64,000 nucleotides of DNA. Source: Spirochaetota bacterium. Its GTDB lineage: Bacteria > Spirochaetota > UBA4802 > UBA5550. Below, piece after piece: positions 9,193 through 17,938 of the stretch. The DNA is taken from the NCBI GenBank assembly GCA_963664815.2, contig CAXXHB010000003.1:4000001-4064000 (forward strand). The letters run 5' to 3'. The notes beneath the pieces are model-generated. The model did no database searches and was not told the origin of the DNA. It worked only from the letters and a program-made list of their open reading frames with translations. A program made the position numbers and the translations under genes. Every line of letters starts with the position of its first letter. Position 1 is the first letter of the stretch.

Positions 9193-10599
9193 ATGCTAAA
9201 GAGGATTACTTTATCTGTTTTTTTAATAACATTGATTATTCCGGCTTTTGTATATGCCGGGCCTACAATTATCAGAGACAACAGGATTCATGATCTTGCC
9301 ATGACACCCGTATTGGGACGAGGCTATTCCATAGCGACTAACTCATTTCAGTCCAGCTGCATGAAAGATATAAAAATGACTGAACCTTCATATGACTTTG
9401 ATTATACTTTTGATTCAATTGAATCTGATTCATCATCAACGCAAAACAACACTTTCGGACTTGGAGTCGATCTTGGACATCTTGCATTCCAGGGCAAACT
9501 GAATACAAAATATACCAGTGTTGAGGGTAATAAACTTTATTATCATCACATCCAGGTAGAAATTAATATGCATACATATTATGCTTCTGTAGATGAAAGC
9601 GCCTCTTCTCTAAGCGACGCTGCAAAAACTCTTCTGCTTAACAAGGATATCCCGGGATTCTTTCACAGTTGCGGTGCATATTATGTCCGTTCTTTAGGTC
9701 GTGATTCAAAATTTACATCTTTATTTACATACATGGATGAGAGTGAAACAAGAGATAAAAGCTTCGAACTGCAACTTGAGCTTGCCATCAAGGGTTTCGG
9801 CAGCGGTATTATGAAGAATATTGCCGGTGCTGGAGAAAATGCATCCCTCGAAACCCAGATAACAAATTCATTTTCTTCCATGTCAAGAAAAAAGAAACTT
9901 ACAATTACAACAAAAGCCTGGGGCCTGGGTAAAAATAAAAATGCGACATTAATTGCATATGATCTCGATTCATACAAGGCTGCAATTAAAGATGCATTTG
10001 TTTCCATGCAGGATCCAATGACAGGGAGAGTGTCAACAATGGAAGTTGTCCCCTGGGTTGAAAATGCGGAATTTCAGAATCTCATACAGCTTGAAGAAGA
10101 CACAAGCGCAGCAACAGGAAAAGAGGGTGGGAAAACTTTACTCTTTGAAAAAAAACATAATCTCAACCTTAATGCCGAGTTTTTGTCACAGATTGACAGA
10201 ACAAACAGAAATATGATGGACATTTACTACAAAGCCATGATATGCAGGCAGGCGATAGATTCCAGATGGAAAAGAGATAACAAATTTCTCGCTGAAGTAA
10301 AGGGGGCGCTTGTACAGAGCAATAAAAATGAAACTACAATTACACTTGAAGACCTTTACAGTAATCTTTCGGATGAAAAAATAAACTCTCTTCTTGAAAC
10401 CGAAAATGAGTTCCTGTACGGCAGTAATGGGCAAAACGGAGCCAAAGAATGTATGAATAAAATGATGGAAGTGGGTATCTATAAAAAGAGCTGGATGGAT
10501 ATTGATTCGTGCAAACAGCTGCAAAAAAAATTTGCTACAACAATCAATGAGATAATTGATGATTACTGTATGCCGAAATTATCAAAAACATCTAAATAG
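9193..10599 (+). CDS. Secreted MACPF-like protein
   Basis: Signal peptide ends AFVYA. Motifs PVLGRGY, FFHSCGAYYVRS, AWGLGK, MEVVPWVENAEF, DDYCMP. Confidence 0.8.
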   Translation: MLKRITLSVFLITLIIPAFVYAGPTIIRDNRIHDLAMTPVLGRGYSIATNSFQSSCMKDIKMTEPSYDFDYTFDSIESDSSSTQNNTFGLGVDLGHLAFQGKLNTKYTSVEGNKLYYHHIQVEINMHTYYASVDESASSLSDAAKTLLLNKDIPGFFHSCGAYYVRSLGRDSKFTSLFTYMDESETRDKSFELQLELAIKGFGSGIMKNIAGAGENASLETQITNSFSSMSRKKKLTITTKAWGLGKNKNATLIAYDLDSYKAAIKDAFVSMQDPMTGRVSTMEVVPWVENAEFQNLIQLEEDTSAATGKEGGKTLLFEKKHNLNLNAEFLSQIDRTNRNMMDIYYKAMICRQAIDSRWKRDNKFLAEVKGALVQSNKNETTITLEDLYSNLSDEKINSLLETENEFLYGSNGQNGAKECMNKMMEVGIYKKSWMDIDSCKQLQKKFATTINEIIDDYCMPKLSKTSK

Positions 10600-10617
10600 A
10601 AATTAAGAGGAATATAT

Positions 10618-11124
10618 ATGATAAAAAAAATATTAACAGGCTTTGGAATAATGTTTTTGTCAGTAACCCTTTCTTCCATTCCACGATATGATCCTTCAAT
10701 ACATAGTGAAATAACAAAAGATCAGTTAAAGGGGTTTGTTGAAGAATGTAAAGCCTTTTCTCAGATATACGGGAAAAAGGAGGCTCTGCTTGAAATCAAA
10801 AAAAAGAATGGTCTTTTCAACAGGGGAGAACTTTATATATATGCATACGATTTCAACTGTGTGGTTTTATCTCATGGTTTAAACACCGGTCTTATTGGTT
10901 CTGATCTCTCAAACCTTAAAGATCCCACTGGAAAAAGAATAATAAGTGAAATGGTAAACATATTAAAGAAACAACCAAACGGATGGCTTAAATTTCACTG
11001 GTTTCATCCTGAAAGTGGAGAAGTAAAACCAAAACTGGGTTACTTCGAAAAAGTCGATAATACATGGTGGATTGGGTCCGGAATTTATGCTGATACAATC
11101 AATCAGCTTAATGATGTGAATTAA
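10618..11124 (+). CDS. Stand-alone single Cache (sCache_2-type) domain protein with signal peptide
   Basis: GELYIYAYD..VLSHG..LIG.DL..LKDPTGKRII.EM..GWLKFHW.HP..KPKLGY...WWIGSGIY. RBS GAGG; 18 nt after the last MACPF-like gene. Confidence 0.85.
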   Translation: MIKKILTGFGIMFLSVTLSSIPRYDPSIHSEITKDQLKGFVEECKAFSQIYGKKEALLEIKKKNGLFNRGELYIYAYDFNCVVLSHGLNTGLIGSDLSNLKDPTGKRIISEMVNILKKQPNGWLKFHWFHPESGEVKPKLGYFEKVDNTWWIGSGIYADTINQLNDVN

Positions 11125-11151
11125 ATGTGAATTAAAATAAATCCATGCATG

Positions 11152-11769
11152 TTATTGCCTGGATTTACTCTTTTCTTTTTCGAGACCGCTAATCAGTCTG
11201 CCAGTTATCAGCTTAACCAGATAAAAGCCAAATTCAGGATTCTGATAATATAATTGTTTAACACCATTCTCTGTTATTGAATAAACTTCCATATCGTCAT
11301 CCATGCATACTGCAGTATCCGTTCTCTCCTTCTGTGGCGTAAAAATTCCCATTTCTCCAAGGAGACTCCCCTTTTCTATAAATAATCCGTTTTCCTCCAG
11401 TTCTATTCTCCCCTTGCATAAAAAATACATCTTTCCTGCAGGTTCTCCTTTTTTAAACAGTATATCACCTTTCTTGACATTTTCCATTTTCATATATGGG
11501 ATCAGAGATTCCATGGAAAAATCTCCATCCGATGCATCTTTTACATTATTAATAAGCTTTTTCATCTGCAAAAGTCTTAATATGTTCAACGGAAACATAA
11601 AAAAATGAAGAATCATAACAGGATACAAACCTGCACCTATACCATATATAATGAAAGCAACATTACTCATTATTGCAAAAATTCTCAGAGGCATTATAGT
11701 CTTCATGTAAAAGCTTGCTGCCACAAGTGCAGATGCAATATAACCTGCAAGTTCTATCCATATGCTCAT
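11152..11769 (-). CDS. Membrane protein with C-terminal cyclic-nucleotide-binding domain
   Basis: Hydrophobic N-terminal helices (MKTIMPLR motif), then KGDILFKKGEPAGKMYF..G, LGEMGIF...RT.TA. Confidence 0.85.
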   Translation of the reverse strand: MSIWIELAGYIASALVAASFYMKTIMPLRIFAIMSNVAFIIYGIGAGLYPVMILHFFMFPLNILRLLQMKKLINNVKDASDGDFSMESLIPYMKMENVKKGDILFKKGEPAGKMYFLCKGRIELEENGLFIEKGSLLGEMGIFTPQKERTDTAVCMDDDMEVYSITENGVKQLYYQNPEFGFYLVKLITGRLISGLEKEKSKSRQ

Positions 11770-11783
11770 CTATATTTCTCCAC

Positions 11784-12017
11784 CTATTTTAAGGATTTTG
11801 AATAATCTGTAACTGGTGCTTTTTTTTCGCGCTCACATTTTTTATTATTATCTTTGCTACAGTAATCAAAGATAATTATTTCTTTAGAAGTATCTTTATT
11901 CTTATCTTTATTCTGCTGAACAGATTGAACATTTGCAATTAGAAATTGTGTGCATATAGTTAATAATGCACCCGTGAATACTGCCAGTTTAAATGCGATA
12001 AAATTTTTGCCTTGCAT
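11784..12017 (-). CDS. Small hypothetical protein with N-terminal hydrophobic segment
   Basis: 77-aa ORF ending 14 nt before the cNMP gene, same strand. Confidence 0.45.
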   Translation of the reverse strand: MQGKNFIAFKLAVFTGALLTICTQFLIANVQSVQQNKDKNKDTSKEIIIFDYCSKDNNKKCEREKKAPVTDYSKSLK

Positions 12018-12078
12018 AATATCATAATTGATGTATTATCAAACTGTATGTCAAGAAAATTTTAAAGAGGTGGAATAA

Positions 12079-13197
12079 GTGAAAAAACTTATCCTGGTTC
12101 TTTTAGTCATCATCTCAACTGTGGTTAATTCTTTTATCCCGGGAATATCACAGCAGACTTCATTGGACAGACTTTTATCAGGGGAAACAAATCTTCATGG
12201 GATTAATCTTTCTGATTTAAAAATAGCCGGAAGAGATTTCGAGAATCTCAACCTGACCGGAGCAATTTTTAAGAATACACTGATTGAAAATTGTAAATTT
12301 AAAAATTGCAATATAAACTTTGCTGATTTCAACAATGCCATTATCAGAAACTGCAGTTTTTCTTACTCTGAAATAAAAGCAGTTTCATTTATTAATACCT
12401 CAGTTTATGAATCAGACTTCGATTATTGCCTGATTCCTGAATCAAAATTTACAGATATCCGTATTACAGGATCTTCTTTCAAAAGTGCCGATTTGTCCCG
12501 ATCTTATATCAGCGGGTCAGACATTTCCGAATCGTCATTTGAATTCGCAATAATGGACAAAATTTCAATAAAAAAAAGTTTTACGAAAAATTGTAATTTT
12601 TCAAATTGCCATATCGATTCAGGAGACATTATCAATACTGATCTCTCCGGATCAAAATTTAAAGACGCCTACCTGAAATCATGTATATTTAAAAATGTCA
12701 AAGCTCCACTTGTTGATTTTACCCGGGCATATATGCCCGGAATTCAGATTTCAGATTCTGATCTGTCAGGCGCACTGTTTTTACGATCATATATACCCGG
12801 TGCTGTTTTTTTAAGAAACAGTATGGCAGGATTCACAGCACGCGAATCATTTATGCTGTTCTGTGAGTTTAATGAATGCAATGTTATTAAATCATTTCTA
12901 ACTGAAACAAAGATTAACGGATCTTCTTTTTATAAATCCGATTTTTCAAATTCTGATTTTTCAAATTCTGATTTTTCCGTGATTGATTATGGAAAAGATC
13001 ATTTTCTGAGCTACGGGGAACTGGGAGTAAAAATGAATGATGATAAAATTGAAATAATAAAAAAAACCGGCATAAGGATTACATCAACATCTTTCAAAGA
13101 CTGCAACTTCAGAAACGTTAAACTTAACAGAATTATCAAAACTCAACTTGTTAATGAAAATATAAAAAATTACGAAACGATTATCCTGATTGACTAA
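12079..13197 (+). CDS. Secreted pentapeptide-repeat protein
   Basis: GTG start after GAGGTGG; signal peptide; continuous (A/S/C)(D/N)(L/F/I)xx repeats such as ADFNN, ADLSR, SDFSN. Confidence 0.9.
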   Translation: MKKLILVLLVIISTVVNSFIPGISQQTSLDRLLSGETNLHGINLSDLKIAGRDFENLNLTGAIFKNTLIENCKFKNCNINFADFNNAIIRNCSFSYSEIKAVSFINTSVYESDFDYCLIPESKFTDIRITGSSFKSADLSRSYISGSDISESSFEFAIMDKISIKKSFTKNCNFSNCHIDSGDIINTDLSGSKFKDAYLKSCIFKNVKAPLVDFTRAYMPGIQISDSDLSGALFLRSYIPGAVFLRNSMAGFTARESFMLFCEFNECNVIKSFLTETKINGSSFYKSDFSNSDFSNSDFSVIDYGKDHFLSYGELGVKMNDDKIEIIKKTGIRITSTSFKDCNFRNVKLNRIIKTQLVNENIKNYETIILID

Positions 13198-13199
13198 GA

Positions 13200-13574
13200 C
13201 TACTTGCATGCGGGAGGATAAGCTTTATCTTCCTGTAATATAATTACAGTCTTATAATCCTCATTAATACTGAAAGTATATGGGCTTGCTTTAAGATGAT
13301 CATTTTCTATGTAAATAGTCCTGCCCAGTCCCCTGTAAAAAAAATCAATTTTTGAATTATTGATTGAATAACTTCCGGGAGTAGAGAAATATCCGCCCCC
13401 CTCTTTTTCTTCCACCTCTATTAACATCTTGCCATTACCGGAAAATAAAATTGAAAAATTATAATCTCCATATTTACCGGTAAATTTTCTGCAGGTTATC
13501 TTTTCAACTGCAAATGACATATTAATAAAACAAAGAATACATATAATTGTTGTTGAAATTTTTGATATTTTCAT
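13200..13574 (-). CDS. Hypothetical secreted protein
   Basis: 124-aa ORF with signal peptide ending SFA; fills the gap between flanking genes. Confidence 0.65.
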   Translation of the reverse strand: MKISKISTTIICILCFINMSFAVEKITCRKFTGKYGDYNFSILFSGNGKMLIEVEEKEGGGYFSTPGSYSINNSKIDFFYRGLGRTIYIENDHLKASPYTFSINEDYKTVIILQEDKAYPPACK

Positions 13575-13656
13575 AGGTTATAATCTCTCTGAACATTTGC
13601 TATTATTTTTTTATACAATTGTCAAGAAAAATATCAAACTTTCAATGGCGGATAAA

Positions 13657-14433
13657 ATGAAATCATTTTTAATAAAAATAATTTTTGCTCTTATACTTTT
13701 TTCCTCTTATTCAGATCTTTTTTCGGAATCAGAAAAATGCAGCAAAATAACAGCAGATACTGTTAGTAAACATATTCCCGTAACAGACTTCCGAATCCTT
13801 ACAATCAGGGAAGTACAGGGAGTATGCGAGATAATTATAAATGTAAATAACAGAATAATCCCGCTTTATGGAGATGGAAACTATCTGATCTCAGGCGATC
13901 TTTTTCTTAATAAAAAAAATATTACAAAGGAAAATATCTACGAGGAAAATAAAAAGATTTTTCTTGAAAATAAAAACACAATAAACGCTCTTACTGCATT
14001 TGAATACAAACCGGTAAATTGTAAATCTGGAAAAACACTATATATGTTTACCGAGCCTCTTTGCCCATATTGTCATAAAGCAGGGGGAGAGGTAAAAAAA
14101 TTATCTGATAAATATGGATTTTCAGTTAAGGTATTGCTGGTTTCAATGAAAGGTGAAGAGGGGAAAAGAAAATGTGTTGAAGCTGCCTGCAGACATTTTA
14201 TATTTAAAGATAATTTCAATCTCGAGGAATATAATAAATTAGAATGGAAAAAGGAGAAAACTGAAGAAGAATTTATCTGTGAAAAAGGCGTTGAACTGAT
14301 AAAAAAAACAGATGAATTATCAAAAAAAATGAACATTGATGGAATACCGTTATTCTATACAGATAATGGAGATTCAGTAAGCGGTGCAGACATGGAAGCA
14401 CTCGAAGCGCTAATTAAAAAGCTGAATTACTGA
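13657..14433 (+). CDS. dsbC: DsbC/DsbG-family thiol:disulfide isomerase
   Basis: Signal peptide, N-terminal dimerisation-type domain (GNYLISGDLF), FTEPLCPYCHK active site, GIP cis-Pro loop. Start moved to ATG 13657. Confidence 0.75.
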   Translation: MKSFLIKIIFALILFSSYSDLFSESEKCSKITADTVSKHIPVTDFRILTIREVQGVCEIIINVNNRIIPLYGDGNYLISGDLFLNKKNITKENIYEENKKIFLENKNTINALTAFEYKPVNCKSGKTLYMFTEPLCPYCHKAGGEVKKLSDKYGFSVKVLLVSMKGEEGKRKCVEAACRHFIFKDNFNLEEYNKLEWKKEKTEEEFICEKGVELIKKTDELSKKMNIDGIPLFYTDNGDSVSGADMEALEALIKKLNY

Positions 14434-14481
14434 CAATACGATTTTTATATATTTTTTTAAATTTAAAAAAACAGTAATCCA

Positions 14482-15108
14482 TTATTTCTTTCCACCACTG
14501 TTTTTTATGATTTGCTCACCCATCTGTCTGAATAAATTATAGAAATCCTCAAATTCATCTTTATCCCGAAGATTTCTCATTTTCGGTTTTCCTCCGTTCA
14601 GGATTTCATTTCCATACATTGTCATTAAATATATAGGTCCTGCAATCCGGTGAGTATGTTTAATCATCCATATAAATATAATAAACAAACCAGACAGAGT
14701 TATAATTATTACTCCAACTATCAGGTATGTGTTTGTTGCAATTATTTTATTGTTTGATTTAATAATCTCTTCATTTGCAGAACTCGACACGTTGAGGTTT
14801 CTTGTACTTTCATTATAATCTTTAGTTAAATCAACAGCAATTCCGGAAAATGTTTTCTGATCAACACCTGTTGGTATCATTGAAAATTTCAGATAAATAC
14901 TCTGCTGCAAATCCAGTATTTTTTTTATATTTTCAATATTGCTCATTATCTTTTTATTGTTCTCTGCTGTTTTTTTGTTGTTAACGGATATCATTATTCC
15001 AACAGCAAGAATTATAACAGAAATTAATATGGTTACTGTTCCTACCATTGTAATGGCCTTTCCATACTGAAATTTCTTATTAATAACATAACTCCTTCGC
15101 TTTTTCAT
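14482..15108 (-). CDS. Two-TM membrane protein with HAMP-like C-terminus
   Basis: KRRSYVINKKFQ N-terminus, two TM helices, THRIAGPIY...LRDKDEF. ATG 15108 follows GGAG. Confidence 0.7.
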   Translation of the reverse strand: MKKRRSYVINKKFQYGKAITMVGTVTILISVIILAVGIMISVNNKKTAENNKKIMSNIENIKKILDLQQSIYLKFSMIPTGVDQKTFSGIAVDLTKDYNESTRNLNVSSSANEEIIKSNNKIIATNTYLIVGVIIITLSGLFIIFIWMIKHTHRIAGPIYLMTMYGNEILNGGKPKMRNLRDKDEFEDFYNLFRQMGEQIIKNSGGKK

Positions 15109-15201
15109 CTGTATCTCCAACTTTTTTAATTAAAGAACATTCTAATCAGTAAAAAATCTATTACAAGTAAATTTATTATTTTGAGTAAATAAATCCGAGA
15201 T

Positions 15202-16809
15202 TCATTGTAATATTAAATCAGTAGTAATACTTTTATAAATATCATTAAATGATTTATAACGCAATTTAATATTTGCAGCTTCTTTCGCTATTAAATCGCC
15301 CTCTTCCATTGTCAGTTCACTAAACTTCTTCGAATTAATTTTTAATCTGATCTGTTTAAGTTTATATAGAGAGGTATCATTATTTACTGTTATTTCAAGC
15401 TCCCTCAATTTTTCATTATCCTGTTCACAGTATATCTCCTTCTCAGAGAGAATTCTCATTATATCATAGCAATCGCCTTTTAATTTCTTAAGTACAACCC
15501 TCAATCTGCAGAACTTGTTTTCTCTTGAGTATTTAATCTTTTCTTCACCTGCGACAAGTTTTTTCATCTCTTTATTAAGTCTTCCTCTTGCATCTGCAAG
15601 AAATTCCATGTACCGTAAACGCTTCTCTTCGCCCGATATAGTCTTTGTTGTAGAACCAAGAATTATTAATTGTAAATAATTTACGTTTTTGCTCCCGGTT
15701 GATGTATCAATGATTTTCTTTATAGTGGCATCTTCATTGATTTTACTTTTTTTATAAAATTCTTCAACTAATTCTGTAATTCTATAAGAATTTTTCATAA
15801 AGTCATTAATAGATTTTACATAATCTTCCCTCAGTTTATGTTCAACAACCTGAATATCATAAACAATTTTATAAAATTCTTTTACATCTATTGCAATGGC
15901 TTCACAAGAATCTATATCTGTCCCTCTATAAAAATGATTTATAATTCCGTTGCGGGTTATCCTCAAATCTGCAGTCGTTGATTTTACATCACAATTGACT
16001 TCCCATTCATTCTGTAATTTTAATTCTTTATTATATCCCTTTAGTAAAGCAAAAAGTGCATTTCCCACCATTTTATTCACATGTGATTCATTAATAATCA
16101 TCTTTATTTCTTTATCTTCCTGTGCGATTAACCCATTAAGTTCCAGTATTCCACCTTTGTGAAAAGTAAAATCTGTTGCAAACACTCTCATTTTACGACG
16201 CAGCTTAAAACCGATATTTTCCAGAATATTTACAGCCGTATCTTTCAGTTGCTGTACCTGTGAATCAGAAAGCTTCCCTCCATTTACAGTAAAGGTCAAT
16301 TTAATACTATAGCCATTTCCTGTATCCAGAAAATCTCTAAGATTTTCCGGAAGATCATTTTGTTTTAATGCATTATATGTTTTAAGCTCAATTTTTTCTG
16401 AAAAAGATGGAATATGAGTCAGCAGTTTTGGTCTGAGTCTCTCTGCAAGAATTACTTTATCATATTCATAATTGAATTTTAATGCTTCTTTAATTTTAAC
16501 AATCAAATAGAGATCATTATCTATAAACCCGATTGTGCAGAAGGCTTCATTAACCTCTCCTTCAATTATTTTTCTTCTGTAACTTTCAAGGAGATCCCTT
16601 AAATTATTTATTTTGTCATTATTTATTTTATATTTAAATAATAGTTCTTTTACTCCACTTCCGTCAGTCAAATCCCAGCGGGAAAGACATAACTGCGGTG
16701 TAGTATCATCTCCCCCATAAATAACATCACTCTTTTTCATCGTCTTTGAATAACCGGGTGATAAAAGAATAAATAAAAAAAAAGTACAAATAAAAGCAAA
16801 GTACTTCAC
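15202..16809 (-). CDS. Hypothetical secreted protein, helical/coiled-coil C-terminal half
   Basis: 535-aa ORF, GTG start after AGGGG, signal peptide; no family recognised. Confidence 0.75.
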   Translation of the reverse strand: MKYFAFICTFFLFILLSPGYSKTMKKSDVIYGGDDTTPQLCLSRWDLTDGSGVKELLFKYKINNDKINNLRDLLESYRRKIIEGEVNEAFCTIGFIDNDLYLIVKIKEALKFNYEYDKVILAERLRPKLLTHIPSFSEKIELKTYNALKQNDLPENLRDFLDTGNGYSIKLTFTVNGGKLSDSQVQQLKDTAVNILENIGFKLRRKMRVFATDFTFHKGGILELNGLIAQEDKEIKMIINESHVNKMVGNALFALLKGYNKELKLQNEWEVNCDVKSTTADLRITRNGIINHFYRGTDIDSCEAIAIDVKEFYKIVYDIQVVEHKLREDYVKSINDFMKNSYRITELVEEFYKKSKINEDATIKKIIDTSTGSKNVNYLQLIILGSTTKTISGEEKRLRYMEFLADARGRLNKEMKKLVAGEEKIKYSRENKFCRLRVVLKKLKGDCYDIMRILSEKEIYCEQDNEKLRELEITVNNDTSLYKLKQIRLKINSKKFSELTMEEGDLIAKEAANIKLRYKSFNDIYKSITTDLILQ

Positions 16810-17086
16810 TTAGGTACCCCTTTGCTGCAATATGAATTTAATATTTAAAAAAAAATTATATAGTTCTTTATAAATATTAAATTTTTATTATGTATTTCAA
16901 CGAATATCAACTCTTTTTAAAATAATTTTAACAATCACAAAATTTTCATTTATTCTATGCATTATTTCCGGATCAATAAAAATTGAATCATTATATATAA
17001 ATATCTCATTTAATCATATATGATTAATTTAACGCTTAAATAAAATAATTATTGATATATTCGCACAGTTTTTAAAAATTGTAAAA

Positions 17087-17145
17087 CCTTTCTGCTGAAA
17101 ATGTTTTAAAAACATATTTCAGCAGCAAATACCACAGGAAGGAGG
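17087..17145 (+). promoter_or_regulatory. S6:S18 ribosomal protein leader RNA
   Basis: CCTTT (17087-91) can pair with GAAGG (17138-42), which overlaps the SD GGAGG. Inner stem CTGCTGAAA-ATGTTT / AAACAT-A-TTTCAGCAG. Unpaired CCA (CCR motif) at 17132-34. Directly upstream of rpsF. Confidence 0.7.
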
Positions 17146-17150
17146 AAAGA

Positions 17151-17438
17151 ATGAAGAATTACGAACTTACTGTCATTGTAAGGAATCGTGACACGGAATC
17201 TCTCAAAGAAAAGGTAAAAGAGATTCTTCTGAAACACGGTGCAATAATAACAAAAGAAGATCACTGGGGAATTAAAAAATTAGCCTACGAAATTTCAAAA
17301 GAACGTGAAGGCTACTACATGTTTATGCTGGTAGATGTCGCTCCGGATGCTGTTGACAGAATACAGAAGGAATTCGGACTCAACGCTGACATACTCAGAT
17401 ATCTTTTTGTAAGACCAGAAGACAAGAAAACTGCGTAA
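17151..17438 (+). CDS. rpsF: 30S ribosomal protein S6
   Basis: MKNYEL...WGIKKLAYEI..GYY...DILRYL; first gene of rpsF-ssb-rpsR. Confidence 0.98.
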   Translation: MKNYELTVIVRNRDTESLKEKVKEILLKHGAIITKEDHWGIKKLAYEISKEREGYYMFMLVDVAPDAVDRIQKEFGLNADILRYLFVRPEDKKTA

Positions 17439-17452
17439 CCGGAGAAAAACTC

Positions 17453-17911
17453 ATGGCAAGCGACCTTAACAGAGTAGTACTGATTGGCAGACTTACACGC
17501 GATCCGGAAATCCGCTATACACCAGCTGGTACCGCAGTAGCAAGTTTTTCACTGGCAAACAGCAGAACTTACGCTGTGACAGGTGAAAAGAAAGAACAGG
17601 TGTCTTATTTTGACTGCATCGCTTGGTCAAAGCTCGGGGAGATTATAACCGAATACTGTAAAAAAGGACACAGAATTGCCGTTGAAGGGAGATTACAGCA
17701 GTCACGCTGGGATGATCAGGACGGTAAAAAACGTTCAAAGGTCGAAGTCGTAATAGAAAACTTCCAGTTTTTGACAGGAAAGGGTCAGGGTGATGAATAT
17801 CCTGCTGAAGCAAAAAGCAGAACTCCAGAACCGAATCATGATTTCGGTGGAAGCGCCGGAAGCGGCAATTTTGAAGAGAATCCCTTTTCAGACGACGACA
17901 TACCTTTTTAA
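17453..17911 (+). CDS. ssb: Single-stranded DNA-binding protein
   Basis: LNRVVLIGRLTRDPE..., C-terminal DDDIPF. Confidence 0.98.
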   Translation: MASDLNRVVLIGRLTRDPEIRYTPAGTAVASFSLANSRTYAVTGEKKEQVSYFDCIAWSKLGEIITEYCKKGHRIAVEGRLQQSRWDDQDGKKRSKVEVVIENFQFLTGKGQGDEYPAEAKSRTPEPNHDFGGSAGSGNFEENPFSDDDIPF

Positions 17912-17938
17912 TTAAACCTATGATTACAGGAGATAATA

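Noticed and set aside
4661-10599. Paralogs as bacterial gasdermins or another intracellular anti-phage pore system
   Set aside because: All carry export signals and probable disulfides, there is no adjacent caspase-like protease, and the motifs fit MACPF better.
11114-11135. ATGTGAATTAA tandem duplication at the end of the Cache gene as a target-site duplication
   Set aside because: The copies are adjacent with no element between them; more likely slippage in AT-rich DNA.
11152-11769. cNMP-binding membrane protein as a Pycsar/CBASS effector
   Set aside because: There is no cyclase nearby, and it resembles a common stand-alone TM plus cNMP family.
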